DNA from: an uncultured Candidatus Saccharibacteria bacterium
Lineage (GTDB): Bacteria > Patescibacteriota > Dojkabacteria > SC72
NCBI GenBank assembly: GCA_964560525.1
Contig: CAZLLO010000003.1
Span: forward strand, 9,585-73,584
Direction of reading: 5' to 3'
Length of the DNA stretch: 64,000 nucleotides
Positions 1-10,118 of the stretch are shown here, piece after piece. The notes beneath the pieces were generated by a model that saw only the letters and a list, made by a program, of their open reading frames with translations, had not been told where the DNA came from and searched no databases. Position numbers and translations under genes: made by a program. Within the stretch, counting starts at the first letter, position 1. Every line of letters starts with the position of its first letter.

Positions 1-362
1 TCTACAACATGGGACAGTTTGGAGACCCTGATAAACCAAGAAGGCTTGAACAAACATATTGGCATGTTGATAATGTTAAAAAGTATATTGAAAAATATCA
101 ATTGAATCTTGGTGCTGAAGCTATTAGAGAATTCTTCTGGCATGAGTTGTGTGACAAATGGATTGAGGAGATCAAAACTGAAATCAAAGATCAACCTATT
201 GGTAGTGATTTAAGAATTGAAAAGCTTTCTGAATTGCTTTGGTTGTTAAAAGAGAATTTAAAGATTATGCATCCTTTTGTTCCTTTTGTTACTGAGGCTG
301 TATGGCAAGAATTAGTAAAATTGGGATTAGCTGAGGGTGTATTAATGGTTGAACAGATTTAA
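1..362 (+). CDS. valS: Valyl-tRNA synthetase, C-terminal fragment (gene starts upstream of the window). It ends about 20 aa after the anticodon-binding motif, so it lacks the long C-terminal coiled-coil of E. coli-type ValRS.
   Basis: Frame is open from the window edge. Motifs FFWHELCDKWIEE and MHPFVPFVTEAVWQ match the class I ValRS anticodon-binding region (EFCDWYLE / HPFxPFITEExWQ). Confidence 0.6.
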   Translation, partial: YNMGQFGDPDKPRRLEQTYWHVDNVKKYIEKYQLNLGAEAIREFFWHELCDKWIEEIKTEIKDQPIGSDLRIEKLSELLWLLKENLKIMHPFVPFVTEAVWQELVKLGLAEGVLMVEQI

Positions 363-369
363 CCAAGAG

Positions 370-410
370 AAAACCCTGCGCGCAACATAGTGCATAATGC
401 ACAGGGTTTT
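370..410. terminator. Bidirectional rho-independent terminator between convergent valS and the 431-757 gene
   Basis: AAAACCCTG...CAGGGTTTT inverted repeat with the nested palindromes TGCGCGCA and TGCATAATGCA. Followed by TTTTCT on the + strand and TTTTCTC on the - strand. Confidence 0.6.
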
Positions 411-430
411 CTAATGGAGTGAAAATGAGT

Positions 431-757
431 TCAATCAGTACACAAACTTTTCACAAAGTCGAGGGCCATCTCCTTGACATTGACAATCAATAGATGTCCT
501 TGCGCTTTGCTTCCATCAGCCGAGAGAATATCTGCACCCCCCATCGTTTCCGACAGGTTTACGGCTTTGCAGATGCGACTCTTTGTATCGGAAAGAACGA
601 TTGTAACTTTCCTTGATACTATTTCTTTCCCAACCAGTTCTGCATTTGTATTATGCATAAAGCCAGATAGAAAATTCACGCGGGCTCTGTCTACTTCTAG
701 ATCTCCATTGAATTCTCTACCATCTAGCAATACAGTGTATCGCAATACTGTTCTCAT
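431..757 (-). CDS. Hypothetical 108-aa protein of unknown family
   Basis: ATG preceded by a perfect GGAGG Shine-Dalgarno (reverse complement of 758-770, GAATGGAGGAATATG). Convergent with valS and shares its terminator. I recognise no family. Confidence 0.55.
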   Translation of the reverse strand: MRTVLRYTVLLDGREFNGDLEVDRARVNFLSGFMHNTNAELVGKEIVSRKVTIVLSDTKSRICKAVNLSETMGGADILSADGSKAQGHLLIVNVKEMALDFVKSLCTD

Positions 758-875
758 ATTCCTCCATTCAGTTTTTTATGAACATCAAATTATACTACAG
801 GTACCATCTCCCCACAATTCCCTAATCTATCAATATTTGATATCATCTACAGTAATAATTAAAAGAGAATATATA

Positions 876-2321
876 ATGGATAAACAAAAATTCTACCTAA
901 CAACCACACTCCCCTACGTAAATGCAGAACTACATATAGGACATGCCTTAGAATTTGTACAATCAGATACAATTGTAAGATATTTTAGAAACAAATTAGG
1001 AAAGGAAAATGTATTCTTTAATGTAGGAACAGACGAACATGGACAAAAGATATACAACAAAGCACAAGAAGAAGGATTAGAATTAAAACCATTCGTAGAC
1101 AAATATGCACAAAGAGTAATGGATTTCTGCAAACTCTTTAATGTTGAATATGACAACTTCTACAGAACCTCAGATCCAAAGCACCATGAATTAGCACAAT
1201 TATTCTGGAATAAATGCAATGAGAATGGAGATATATACAAAAAACAATACTCAGGACAATACTGCGTAGGATGTGAGAGATATCTAACAGACAAAGAACT
1301 TGTAGATGGTAAATGTCCTGATCACCATACTGTACCTGAACTAAAAACAGAAGAAAATTACTTCTTTAGACTATCAAAATACAGAGAACCCCTACTCAAA
1401 TGGTTAGAGGAAGAAAAAGCATTCGTAAAACCTGCATACAAAATGGATGAACTGAAGAAATTCATATCAGAGATGGAAGATATTAGTATCTCAAGATTAA
1501 GAGAAAATCTTCCATGGGGAATTGAAGTACCTAATGATCCTACACAGATGATGTATGTATGGTTTGATGCATTAACAAACTATGCAATTGCGGTTGGGTA
1601 TGGAAGTGATGAAGAAAGATTTAAACAATGGTGGGGACCAGTACAAACATGTGGTCCAGACAATCTAAGATTCCAAGGTGCAATATGGCAAGGAATGTTA
1701 GCATCTGCAGGTTTACCACACTCTGAGAAGTTGTTAGTACATGGGATGGTACTAGGTTCTGATGGAACAAAAATGTCTAAGACAGTTGGTAATATTGTTT
1801 CGCCATTTGAACAAGAACAGAAATATGGAGCTGAAGTTGTAAGGTTCTACCTTCTTACAGGTGTTCCTACATATGACGATGCAGCATACAAGGAAGATGA
1901 TTTGGTTAATGAATATAACTCAAGATTGGCAAATAACTTTGGAAATCTTTTAAATCGTGTTATCCATTTAGCCAATACAAAAGAAGCTGAAATGAACAAT
2001 GAGGAGAAAGTCGAAAAAGAATTTAAAGAAACAGTTGATACATATGTGAAGGAGATAAATAGCTTGTATGAAGATTATGAGATATATCTAGCAGGAGAAA
2101 AAATAGATCAGTTGGCAGATTATGGAAACAAATATATAACCAAGGAGGAGCCATGGTCAAAGGAGAAGTCTGAAGCAGAAAAGATTTTAAATAATCTGAG
2201 CTATCTTTTGAAATATGTGATTGCTGGATATTTCCCTATCATTCCAATTAGTAGTGCAAAAGCAATCGAAGCTTTGGAGAAGAGGGAGAAAATCATATTG
2301 TTTCCTAAATTGGAAGAATAA
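876..2321 (+). CDS. metG: Methionyl-tRNA synthetase
   Basis: HIGH motif (PYVNAELHIGHA), GTDEHGQKI, and a KMSKS-type motif (KMSKTVGN). The true start is the ATG at 876; the ORF-track N-terminal extension from 474 is non-coding. Confidence 0.9.
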   Translation: MDKQKFYLTTTLPYVNAELHIGHALEFVQSDTIVRYFRNKLGKENVFFNVGTDEHGQKIYNKAQEEGLELKPFVDKYAQRVMDFCKLFNVEYDNFYRTSDPKHHELAQLFWNKCNENGDIYKKQYSGQYCVGCERYLTDKELVDGKCPDHHTVPELKTEENYFFRLSKYREPLLKWLEEEKAFVKPAYKMDELKKFISEMEDISISRLRENLPWGIEVPNDPTQMMYVWFDALTNYAIAVGYGSDEERFKQWWGPVQTCGPDNLRFQGAIWQGMLASAGLPHSEKLLVHGMVLGSDGTKMSKTVGNIVSPFEQEQKYGAEVVRFYLLTGVPTYDDAAYKEDDLVNEYNSRLANNFGNLLNRVIHLANTKEAEMNNEEKVEKEFKETVDTYVKEINSLYEDYEIYLAGEKIDQLADYGNKYITKEEPWSKEKSEAEKILNNLSYLLKYVIAGYFPIIPISSAKAIEALEKREKIILFPKLEE

Positions 2322-2360
2322 TATGATATACTAAAAATATAAAAGTTAAGAAACTGCCTA

Positions 2361-2918
2361 ATGTTTGGATCTGATAAACAACCAAAATCTATTGATTTTC
2401 TGCAACCAGTATATTCGCCTATGGATATATGGTCTACGGCGTATATTTGGCTGACCTCCGTTGGAAAATACCTCTTAATTGCAGTAGAAATAATTGTCTT
2501 AGCTGTATTCTTTTCAAGATTTATCTATGACAGAAAGAATAATGATTTAAAAGAGGATTTGAATGCGAAAGTTACTCTCTTAAGCAATGATACTTGGCAA
2601 AAAAATGCTGCACTTTATGAGAATTATCAATTTGTTCTAAGTGATATCGAAAAGATAAGGAAAGGGCAACAAATAAATTCTGCAGAGATTAGTGAATTGA
2701 TGAGTGGTATCCCCTCCTCTATCCAGTTATTAAGCTTCTCGTATACTGCGAAGAGAGTCTCCCTTCGTTTAACGTCAAATAGCTTAGAGGCGGTCAAAAA
2801 TTATGAATCTGCGCTTAAAAACAACCCTAATTATTATGAGGTAACATTCTCAATCACAAAAGAAGTTAATGAGATTAATGTTAGTGTATCATTCTATTTG
2901 TCACCACAGGAAGAATAA
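2361..2918 (+). CDS. PilN-like type IV pilus assembly membrane protein
   Basis: Short cytoplasmic N-terminus, a single TM (LLIAVEIIVLAVFF), a coiled-coil, then a C-terminal alpha/beta domain. Sits immediately upstream of a PilO-like gene. Confidence 0.5.
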   Translation: MFGSDKQPKSIDFLQPVYSPMDIWSTAYIWLTSVGKYLLIAVEIIVLAVFFSRFIYDRKNNDLKEDLNAKVTLLSNDTWQKNAALYENYQFVLSDIEKIRKGQQINSAEISELMSGIPSSIQLLSFSYTAKRVSLRLTSNSLEAVKNYESALKNNPNYYEVTFSITKEVNEINVSVSFYLSPQEE

Positions 2919-3533
2919 ATGGACAAGAAGGCTTTAAACACAGAAGAATATGTAAAACTGGTAAAAGAATCTCCAGAGAGGAAGAAGGGATATATTTTTG
3001 CAGGAATCACTTTGGCAGTATCTATCCTGCTCATCGTTTTCGCTGTTAGGCCAACGCTTTTGACTATCTCAAATATAAATGCGGAAATAAAGGAGGAAAC
3101 AAGGTTAGATACTCTGCTAGATGCAAAGATAGAGACATTAAGCAAACTGGATAAACAATATACAGAGATGGAAGCGAATTTGAGCCATCTCAGACTAATC
3201 TATCCAGATAACAAGGATTTTAGTCTCTTTATGGCGAATTCAACAGGAATGTTGTCCAAGAATGGTTTTACATTAACAGGTATTAGCTTTGATAACTATG
3301 GTGAGGATAATTTCGATCTGGTTACAAAGGTTTTAGTTCCATGGTCTGTGAGGTTAAATGTAAAAGGTAAGCCATCTAATTTGGTTAACCTTTTGAAAGA
3401 TCTTGAAGCATTGCCTATGTATCCAGTTATTGAGTCACTTTCCTATTCTAGTCAGAAGGATGAAAATGGTTTGACTAGTTACAGTATAAACTTGAGGATA
3501 TATGAAATAGAGAATAATAATTTTTATGATTAA
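2919..3533 (+). CDS. PilO-like type IV pilus assembly membrane protein
   Basis: N-terminal TM (YIFAGITLAVSILLIVFAV), a coiled-coil, and a C-terminal domain. Its start follows directly on the PilN-like stop. Confidence 0.5.
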   Translation: MDKKALNTEEYVKLVKESPERKKGYIFAGITLAVSILLIVFAVRPTLLTISNINAEIKEETRLDTLLDAKIETLSKLDKQYTEMEANLSHLRLIYPDNKDFSLFMANSTGMLSKNGFTLTGISFDNYGEDNFDLVTKVLVPWSVRLNVKGKPSNLVNLLKDLEALPMYPVIESLSYSSQKDENGLTSYSINLRIYEIENNNFYD

Positions 3534-3538
3534 ATAAT

Positions 3539-3784
3539 ATGGATTTACTCAAAAAATCTTTTCTAGCACTTATCCTCTTCTTGGTTGTAATACTGGCTTG
3601 GGTTGGAACGTCTATATATTTCCAAAATATGCAGGTCGAGGTGAATCCCAATGCTAGTTCATACACTAAGTCCATAAAAAATAGCTTCGACTCTGATGAA
3701 TTAGAAAAAGTTTCAGATAGAACAAATGCGAGTTTTTCAATCTCCCCTTCAGAGTTTATTAACCTTTCAGAAGGAAGTAACTAG
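3539..3784 (+). CDS. Small membrane-anchored protein (81 aa), possibly a third component of the pilN/pilO operon
   Basis: N-terminal TM ([21 protein letters not shown]). Lies 5 bp after the PilO-like stop. Confidence 0.4.
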   Translation: MDLLKKSFLALILFLVVILAWVGTSIYFQNMQVEVNPNASSYTKSIKNSFDSDELEKVSDRTNASFSISPSEFINLSEGSN

Positions 3785-4860
3785 TCAATGTAGTCATCTA
3801 GTTTCTGTTGAGAAGATTTCTCCTTTAGTTTCTTTAGAGCTTTTGCCTCTATTTGTCTAATTCTTTCTCTTGTTACTCCAAATTCTTTACCAACTTCTTC
3901 TAAAGTTCTTGAAACTCCATCATCAAGGCCAAACCTCAATGACAAAACTCTTCTCTCTCTGTCTTGAAGTGTATCAAGAATATCCTTTAATTGATTCTTG
4001 AGGTATTCTGCAGTTGCATATTCCTCTGGTGATTGTGACCAATCATCTGCAATTACATCTTGTAGTTTACTATCTTTCTCCTCACCTATTGGTGTTGCAA
4101 GGGATGTAGGATTCTGTTTTATCTTCCTAATTTCTGCAACTTTCTCCAATTCAATATCCATCTCTTTTGCAATTTCCTCATCCTTTGGTGGTCTGCCTAA
4201 TCTTGTTGTTAAGGTATTATTTACCTTATTGAATTTGTTAATTGTTTCTATCATATGTACAGGAACACGAATTGTTCTTGCTTGGTCAGCAATAGCTCTA
4301 GTAATTGCCTGTCTAATCCACCAGGTTGCATAGGTAGAGAATTTGAAACCCTTGGTATAGTCAAATTTCTCGACAGCTCTCATTAATCCAATATTGCCCT
4401 CCTGTATTAAATCCAAAAGTTCTAAACCACTCTTACTATATTTCTTCGCAATACTGACAACCAATCTTAAGTTTGCAGTTATTAATAATTGCCCTGCTTC
4501 TTCATCGCCTTTCTCAATTCTTTTAGCAAGAATCTTCTCTTCCTCTCCCGTTAGTAGAGGGATACGTCCTATTTCATATAGATATGAACGAATAGCATCT
4601 GTAGAAAGACTTGATTGGATAGTTTTGAGAATTCTAATTTTCTTTTCTAGTGTTAGTTCCTCTTTTTCTTGAACTTCAATATTCTCTTCTGGCTCTAATA
4701 CTTCAATATCGTTTTCCTGTAATGATACAAAGATATCATCCAGTAGTTCAACATCCTCTTCTACAGTAGGAAATATATCCAACAAATCTTCCTGTGTTAA
4801 GAAACCTTGCTCTTTTCCTTTATTAATTAAAGACGCTATGGCCTTTTCTTTGTCTGACAT
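3781..4860 (-). CDS. rpoD: RNA polymerase primary sigma factor (sigma-70)
   Basis: Regions 1.2 to 4 are recognisable: [27 protein letters not shown], the [18 protein letters not shown] region 2 and the [20 protein letters not shown] region 4. Confidence 0.95.
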   Translation of the reverse strand: MSDKEKAIASLINKGKEQGFLTQEDLLDIFPTVEEDVELLDDIFVSLQENDIEVLEPEENIEVQEKEELTLEKKIRILKTIQSSLSTDAIRSYLYEIGRIPLLTGEEEKILAKRIEKGDEEAGQLLITANLRLVVSIAKKYSKSGLELLDLIQEGNIGLMRAVEKFDYTKGFKFSTYATWWIRQAITRAIADQARTIRVPVHMIETINKFNKVNNTLTTRLGRPPKDEEIAKEMDIELEKVAEIRKIKQNPTSLATPIGEEKDSKLQDVIADDWSQSPEEYATAEYLKNQLKDILDTLQDRERRVLSLRFGLDDGVSRTLEEVGKEFGVTRERIRQIEAKALKKLKEKSSQQKLDDYID

Positions 4861-4887
4861 AGAGATTTTTATGATATAATTTTAGAT

Positions 4888-5226
4888 ATGAACACCAAAA
4901 AAGACATTTTATTCGAAAAGAAACAATTTTTTATAGATACAATTGCTAAATTTTGTGATAAATGTGGTACTCAATATGCACTTGAAGATGTTAATATAAT
5001 CCAGAATACTGGAATATCAAGCATTATACACTTTTCGTGTCATAATTGTAAATCCAAGCATATCGCAACATTTGTTGCACCACTTGGTATTAGTAATCGA
5101 GTATCTGTGAATACAGACTTAGGAGTAAAGGAAATTAAAAAGTTCTCTTTTGAAAAAGAGGTTTCTACACAAGACATTCTTGAGATTTATACGTGCTTAA
5201 AAAACAATCCAAAGGTTGTTCTTTAG
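4888..5226 (+). CDS. Hypothetical zinc-ribbon protein (112 aa)
   Basis: CDKC...CHNC pattern, i.e. two CxxC pairs. Divergent from rpoD, with a tataat-like box just upstream. Confidence 0.45.
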   Translation: MNTKKDILFEKKQFFIDTIAKFCDKCGTQYALEDVNIIQNTGISSIIHFSCHNCKSKHIATFVAPLGISNRVSVNTDLGVKEIKKFSFEKEVSTQDILEIYTCLKNNPKVVL

Positions 5227-8219
5227 TTTTTTACATTCCAAACTATTTGATATTCCTGGTCTTTACTCAATTCAAATCTACTTGAGAGTTGGTTAGAAAT
5301 ACTGTTTAAGTTCCCAGCAGAATCTACTGTCCAAGTAGATGGGTATGATATATCTAGTTTGTATGAGTGTGAGGTTTCTCCTGCTTGTTTGAATATATTT
5401 AGATTCAGGAATGCATTATTTTCACCTATTTCTATTGGATATGTAGAGTTATTAATATCTCTAGAGATGCGATAGGAAATTTCTAATGTCCTTGTTTTTT
5501 GTATAGGGGTATTGAACCAGCCTCCGATTACTTTAAAGCCACTTTCTTTAAAGGTGTCAAACTTGTTGTCTTCCATTCCTTTTACGGACAGGATTGTTGC
5601 ATTGGAAGGTATGTATATTCTTTGGTAGTTGATATAGTCTCCTTCAGGGTATGTTGTTGACTTAGAGGTATTCTCTACTGAAATCGTATATGTAAAATCC
5701 ATTGTATTTACATCTTTTACATTAACGGCAAGATTGTAGTTTTTGCTTAAGTAGAGATTTGCTTTGTTTCCTCCCCAGTTCCAATCTATGGCAATAGGTG
5801 CTTCGTTATATCTGGAATCTAGCGATCCTGCCCACGATCTTTCATTGAAGAAATTATACGCACTTGAACTCTTGAATGTTGCTTGGAGATGTTTCTCATC
5901 TAATGCATCCCCAAATACACTACTCAAAGAAATTAAATCTTGTATGTTCATAGAAAGTAACTTGGTAATTATCTTGTTGGCCAAATCAGCTAAGAATGTA
6001 GTCTTTTGTGTAGAGCCAGGAGTAAAACTCTCATGCATTTGGAAAATCTTAGAATACAGATTGCTACTAGTTATGATTTCACTCTCTCCTGGTACTTCAA
6101 TGCCTCCCCATTTATCAAGAAGTTTTTGTATTAATGCAATATCAATAGTTATTACTCCATCTAGGTCATCTCCTTTACCTAAATCTTTTACAAATGGCTC
6201 TGCTGCTAGTTCTGTTTCTGCTAGATCAGGATACCAGTTAATAATCGAAAAGGTTTGGTTAGAGAGTCCTAGCGCTGTTTGCATAGACTTTGGTGCCGAA
6301 TATTTTCTTCCTTGTACCTTAAGGGTGCCATCTGCATTATATATATCGTCTACGAATAGCTCTCTTATTTGTCCCCCCTCTATTCCTACAATTCCATAAC
6401 TTGTTAACCACCCTCCAGTGCTTCGAAGCTCAGATTCGTTTTGCAAAAGTATTAGGTAACGTTGCCTCTCTTTATCGCCCAGAAGTTGAGGTAAGAATGT
6501 TACAACATCTTTAAATACATCTGTTCCTGTATTTAGTTGAGAAACCATATCTCGTAAGTCAGAAATTTTATTTCTAGTAAAGGAAGGGAATTCATTCAAA
6601 TCAATTTCATTCATTATTTCGCTTCCCAAAGATATCTTGTATGCTGCTTCTGTGACCTTGTACCCATTTGCACTTATCTCTTCCAGGTATTGGGTATATT
6701 CTCTTGTAGTTTTTGGTGTTGATGTTCCAAAGTCCACTGCAGGTTGGAATTCTTGGATATATTCTGATAGCGGTGTTGCGGCATCGAGCATGTATGAGGT
6801 TCCATCTGCGACATAGTTAGCACTTAAGAGAAGTTGAGAGATATCATTGTAAAGATCCTGTTTTCCAGTTAATTTGAATGCCCATTGGAGATTAGAAATA
6901 CTGGCAGTTACCCTTTGTACATTATCTTCAAGTTGTTGTATCTTTACTTTCGCATCATCTTGGTTTAACTCCAGGACAGAGTCTCTTAGATTCGAAGAAG
7001 ATCTACTAATGAGTATGAGTCCAAGTGTAGTTCCTATGAGGGGATATATGAGAAAATATGTAACAACTGCAATTAGCGCAACGTAGAGAGAAACTTTCCC
7101 AAAATGCTTCCAATCAAAGGCTTTTGTTTCTTTCTCTGGTTGGGCTAATCTTTTTATTGGTGCAAAAAGTTTATCAAAGAAAGAACCTAGTTTGGTTTTT
7201 GATGTTTTCACTGTTTCACTTATGGACTTAGGTGCCTTTTCTGCGAAATTCCATTCTTTATCTATATCATCATAATACGTTTGGATCTGGTCGATAAGGG
7301 TTTCCTCTAATGTTACTTGTTGTGCCCATCCATATTTAGAAGCGTGAGGTGCAGGTACATACAGATCCTGAATAACGAACTCTCTTTCTGGATTTTCTAC
7401 GAATTTGATCGATTGAGCCTCGGTATTTAACTCTAGAAGCTTATATGCGATAGAGAGTGTGGTGTAATTGTTTTTGTTTGCTAGGGTAATAACCTCGCCC
7501 TTTGTCTTTTCAGAGAAGGTTAATTTGAGAATTCCGTATACAGAATCTCTTTCATCGATTATGTTATGTATATCAAGCCCCTCGCCTTTTATGATGATTT
7601 GTGGTTTTTGTGTGGCATCTTTTACTAGGCTATGTATTATTTCACTATCTATTTTTAATACTCCTTTTCCTGTCAATGTTCCTAATCTTAAGATTCTGAT
7701 ATTTAAATTTGTCTTGTCTCTAAACTCTGCAGCTATTGTTTCGCAGTATTTCTGCAATTCTATGTCAGAATATGGAGAAGGAGATGCCAGTTTATTATTA
7801 TTTACTCGATTGGCTAGTTCTCTGTTTAACGCTAGTGATGTTATCAATGCAAATTTAGCGTTGTATTTCTTCGCATTTTTCAAAGATTCTTCTAAATATC
7901 CAGCTTCTCTAATGAATGATTTACTATCATATTCTTTTTGTGCCAAAGCCTGGTTGAGGAAATAGAATATATAGTCAAACCTTTTGATATTTTTAAATAT
8001 TCCATCTAAGCCTTTAAATTCAAAGAAGTCTACAAGGGGAGAATTTTTAAGCTCTGAAATATATTTGTTAGTTTGCGAATTGTAATTATCAACAATAATG
8101 ACGTGAGAACCTTGCTCTATAAGTGTCTTTGCAATTAGATATCCACTTCGATTTCCACCATGTATTAAAATGGAGATAGGTGTTTGTGGTTTAATTTTGT
8201 CTAGCTTTGAGTTACTCAT
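5223..8219 (-). CDS. Large envelope protein: N-terminal NAD-dependent epimerase/dehydratase-like Rossmann domain, a TM segment, then a DUF4012-like extracytoplasmic domain
   Basis: IHGGNRSGYLIAKTL glycine-rich loop; TM SLYVALIAVVTYFLIYPLIGTTLGLILI; RYLILLQNESELRSTGGWLTSYG resembles the DUF4012 signature. Confidence 0.7.
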   Translation of the reverse strand: MSNSKLDKIKPQTPISILIHGGNRSGYLIAKTLIEQGSHVIIVDNYNSQTNKYISELKNSPLVDFFEFKGLDGIFKNIKRFDYIFYFLNQALAQKEYDSKSFIREAGYLEESLKNAKKYNAKFALITSLALNRELANRVNNNKLASPSPYSDIELQKYCETIAAEFRDKTNLNIRILRLGTLTGKGVLKIDSEIIHSLVKDATQKPQIIIKGEGLDIHNIIDERDSVYGILKLTFSEKTKGEVITLANKNNYTTLSIAYKLLELNTEAQSIKFVENPEREFVIQDLYVPAPHASKYGWAQQVTLEETLIDQIQTYYDDIDKEWNFAEKAPKSISETVKTSKTKLGSFFDKLFAPIKRLAQPEKETKAFDWKHFGKVSLYVALIAVVTYFLIYPLIGTTLGLILISRSSSNLRDSVLELNQDDAKVKIQQLEDNVQRVTASISNLQWAFKLTGKQDLYNDISQLLLSANYVADGTSYMLDAATPLSEYIQEFQPAVDFGTSTPKTTREYTQYLEEISANGYKVTEAAYKISLGSEIMNEIDLNEFPSFTRNKISDLRDMVSQLNTGTDVFKDVVTFLPQLLGDKERQRYLILLQNESELRSTGGWLTSYGIVGIEGGQIRELFVDDIYNADGTLKVQGRKYSAPKSMQTALGLSNQTFSIINWYPDLAETELAAEPFVKDLGKGDDLDGVITIDIALIQKLLDKWGGIEVPGESEIITSSNLYSKIFQMHESFTPGSTQKTTFLADLANKIITKLLSMNIQDLISLSSVFGDALDEKHLQATFKSSSAYNFFNERSWAGSLDSRYNEAPIAIDWNWGGNKANLYLSKNYNLAVNVKDVNTMDFTYTISVENTSKSTTYPEGDYINYQRIYIPSNATILSVKGMEDNKFDTFKESGFKVIGGWFNTPIQKTRTLEISYRISRDINNSTYPIEIGENNAFLNLNIFKQAGETSHSYKLDISYPSTWTVDSAGNLNSISNQLSSRFELSKDQEYQIVWNVKN

Positions 8220-8220
8220 A

Positions 8221-8865
8221 CTAATTATCTACACTATCAAAATTAACGGGTATTGGGAAATGGTAAGTTTTGAGATTTAATTGGTATCCTGCCCTAACAA
8301 ATACTGGAATTTCGATATCTTCATAGCCTTGTGCTGTTACTTTAACTTGGTATTGATTATCTTTCAATGAGAGATTACTTACTGGTGTAGTATTAATATA
8401 TTCTTTATCAACATAAACTTTTGCATTCATTGCAGAGCTAGTTACCGCAAGAAGTCCTGTTTTAGAAGTAGTTTTAGGAATCGCTGTATAGTACAGGATT
8501 GTGCCATTTAGGACACTATCTGGTCCGATTTCCAAATCCATACGTGCAGAGGTGTTTTTGGCAATTTCTACCTCAAATGTTTGTTTGGTATAGAAAGTGT
8601 TATCTTCTGCTATCTTTTGAAGCTCTACAGTATATTTTCCCTCTGGGAGATCTTCAACAGTTACTGGTGTTTGACCATAGTCTTTGCCATTTATCCAAAC
8701 TTGAGACTTTCCCCTTTCAGTAATCACCTCTAAAGTGGTGTTGTTATAGAATTTATTTATTAAGGGCAAATTTGCAAGGAGTTTTCCAAGTGGCAAGAAG
8801 TATAGGATTATGGACAAAACAATAACAGCAATTGCTATTATTAGGACAGTTTTTCTATTTTTCAT
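8221..8865 (-). CDS. PEGA domain membrane protein
   Basis: N-terminal TM followed by a literal PEGKYTVEL PEGA motif. Confidence 0.7.
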   Translation of the reverse strand: MKNRKTVLIIAIAVIVLSIILYFLPLGKLLANLPLINKFYNNTTLEVITERGKSQVWINGKDYGQTPVTVEDLPEGKYTVELQKIAEDNTFYTKQTFEVEIAKNTSARMDLEIGPDSVLNGTILYYTAIPKTTSKTGLLAVTSSAMNAKVYVDKEYINTTPVSNLSLKDNQYQVKVTAQGYEDIEIPVFVRAGYQLNLKTYHFPIPVNFDSVDN

Positions 8866-8905
8866 TAGCTAAATTATATTCGTAGTGACAATATTTGTCT
8901 AGGAA

Positions 8906-10117
8906 TTAGTATCTATATTTGGACTCTGGAGATTCTTCTTTTTGAGGAAATTCTTTTTTACGAGAAGCACGAATATTTATGAGTACTACAAAGGCTATTC
9001 CTAAGGCACTACCCAAGATTAATGCAAAGTAACGGATAGCTCCAGTGGTTAGGATTGCAAATGACCCAATAAGTAGTGTTACGGACATTTCTAATAGAAC
9101 GACCTGTGTACGTGTTAGATTAAGTTTCAGTAGCTGATGATGTAAGTGATTTGCATCATTAATCTTTAAAAGCTCAAGGAGATTCTTTGGTTTGTATACA
9201 ACTAATCTTTTTATTATCACATAAGCGAAATCAATCAAGGGGACTAACAAAAGCATGATTGTTGTAGAGATTTTTGCATCTGCCAGTAAAGCGAATATAC
9301 AGATTAGGAAGCCATAGAGGGATTTTCCTGCAGAACCAGACATTATTTTTTGTGGAGGAAGCGCAAAAATCAAAAACATGAACAATGCCCCAGCAGCAAC
9401 AATACTTAATGTAGATGAAAAGATGGACTCAAATCTTATGGCTATTACAAATATTAAGGAGAATATTACAAAAGAATTGGCTTCTACAATACCTGGAGAA
9501 CCTGCTGTCCATTTCACAGCATTGATACATACGAGGATCCAGAAGAGGAGTATTAAGTCGCCAGGAAGAGCTAAGGATTGTTGTATTCCTAGTAATGAGA
9601 AATTCCAAACATATGCACTTAGATTAATGTTTAAAAATGATAGACTTCCGAGATTAATGATTGAGAATACAATGACTAAAGCTGCAAGAAACTGGTATAG
9701 GAATTGGATTTTTGCAGGAAGATTGAAAACATCATCCAATACAGAACCAACTATTAAAATTGCCATTGCTACAACAATTGGAATTGTAAAACTATCAAGT
9801 TTAAAGAAAAAGAGTAGTGCTACTAATACGGGAAGTGTGATTGCAAGCCCACCTAACGCAGGTGTTATACCCTCATGTAGTGCTTTTTGTGGATTATCAA
9901 AATCTTTGTCAGCTCTTTTTACCCCAGGTTTGTATGTAATATCGTGCTTAATTGCCCAATGCCCAACTATGGGTGCAATTACAAAAGAAGCAACAACTCC
10001 TATTAGGAAAAGAGGAAGATATTGTAAATATTTTATATATTCGGTATTGCCTAGCCAAGAGAAATTAAAGATTTTTAAAAAGGTACTTAAAATTTCGTTT
10101 GGAATGGAAAAGTCCAT
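8906..10117 (-). CDS. Polytopic membrane glycosyl-phosphate transferase of the MraY/WecA family (GT4)
   Basis: About 10 TM segments, a VLDDVFNL Asp-rich motif and a C-terminal HHQLL motif. Confidence 0.6.
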   Translation of the reverse strand: MDFSIPNEILSTFLKIFNFSWLGNTEYIKYLQYLPLFLIGVVASFVIAPIVGHWAIKHDITYKPGVKRADKDFDNPQKALHEGITPALGGLAITLPVLVALLFFFKLDSFTIPIVVAMAILIVGSVLDDVFNLPAKIQFLYQFLAALVIVFSIINLGSLSFLNINLSAYVWNFSLLGIQQSLALPGDLILLFWILVCINAVKWTAGSPGIVEANSFVIFSLIFVIAIRFESIFSSTLSIVAAGALFMFLIFALPPQKIMSGSAGKSLYGFLICIFALLADAKISTTIMLLLVPLIDFAYVIIKRLVVYKPKNLLELLKINDANHLHHQLLKLNLTRTQVVLLEMSVTLLIGSFAILTTGAIRYFALILGSALGIAFVVLINIRASRKKEFPQKEESPESKYRY

Positions 10118-10118
10118 A

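Noticed and set aside
474-875. ORF-track N-terminal extension of metG (615 aa starting at 474)
   Set aside because: The extension overlaps a minus-strand gene that has a perfect GGAGG Shine-Dalgarno, and it has no aaRS similarity. MetRS homology begins at the ATG at 876 with the HIGH motif about 20 aa later.
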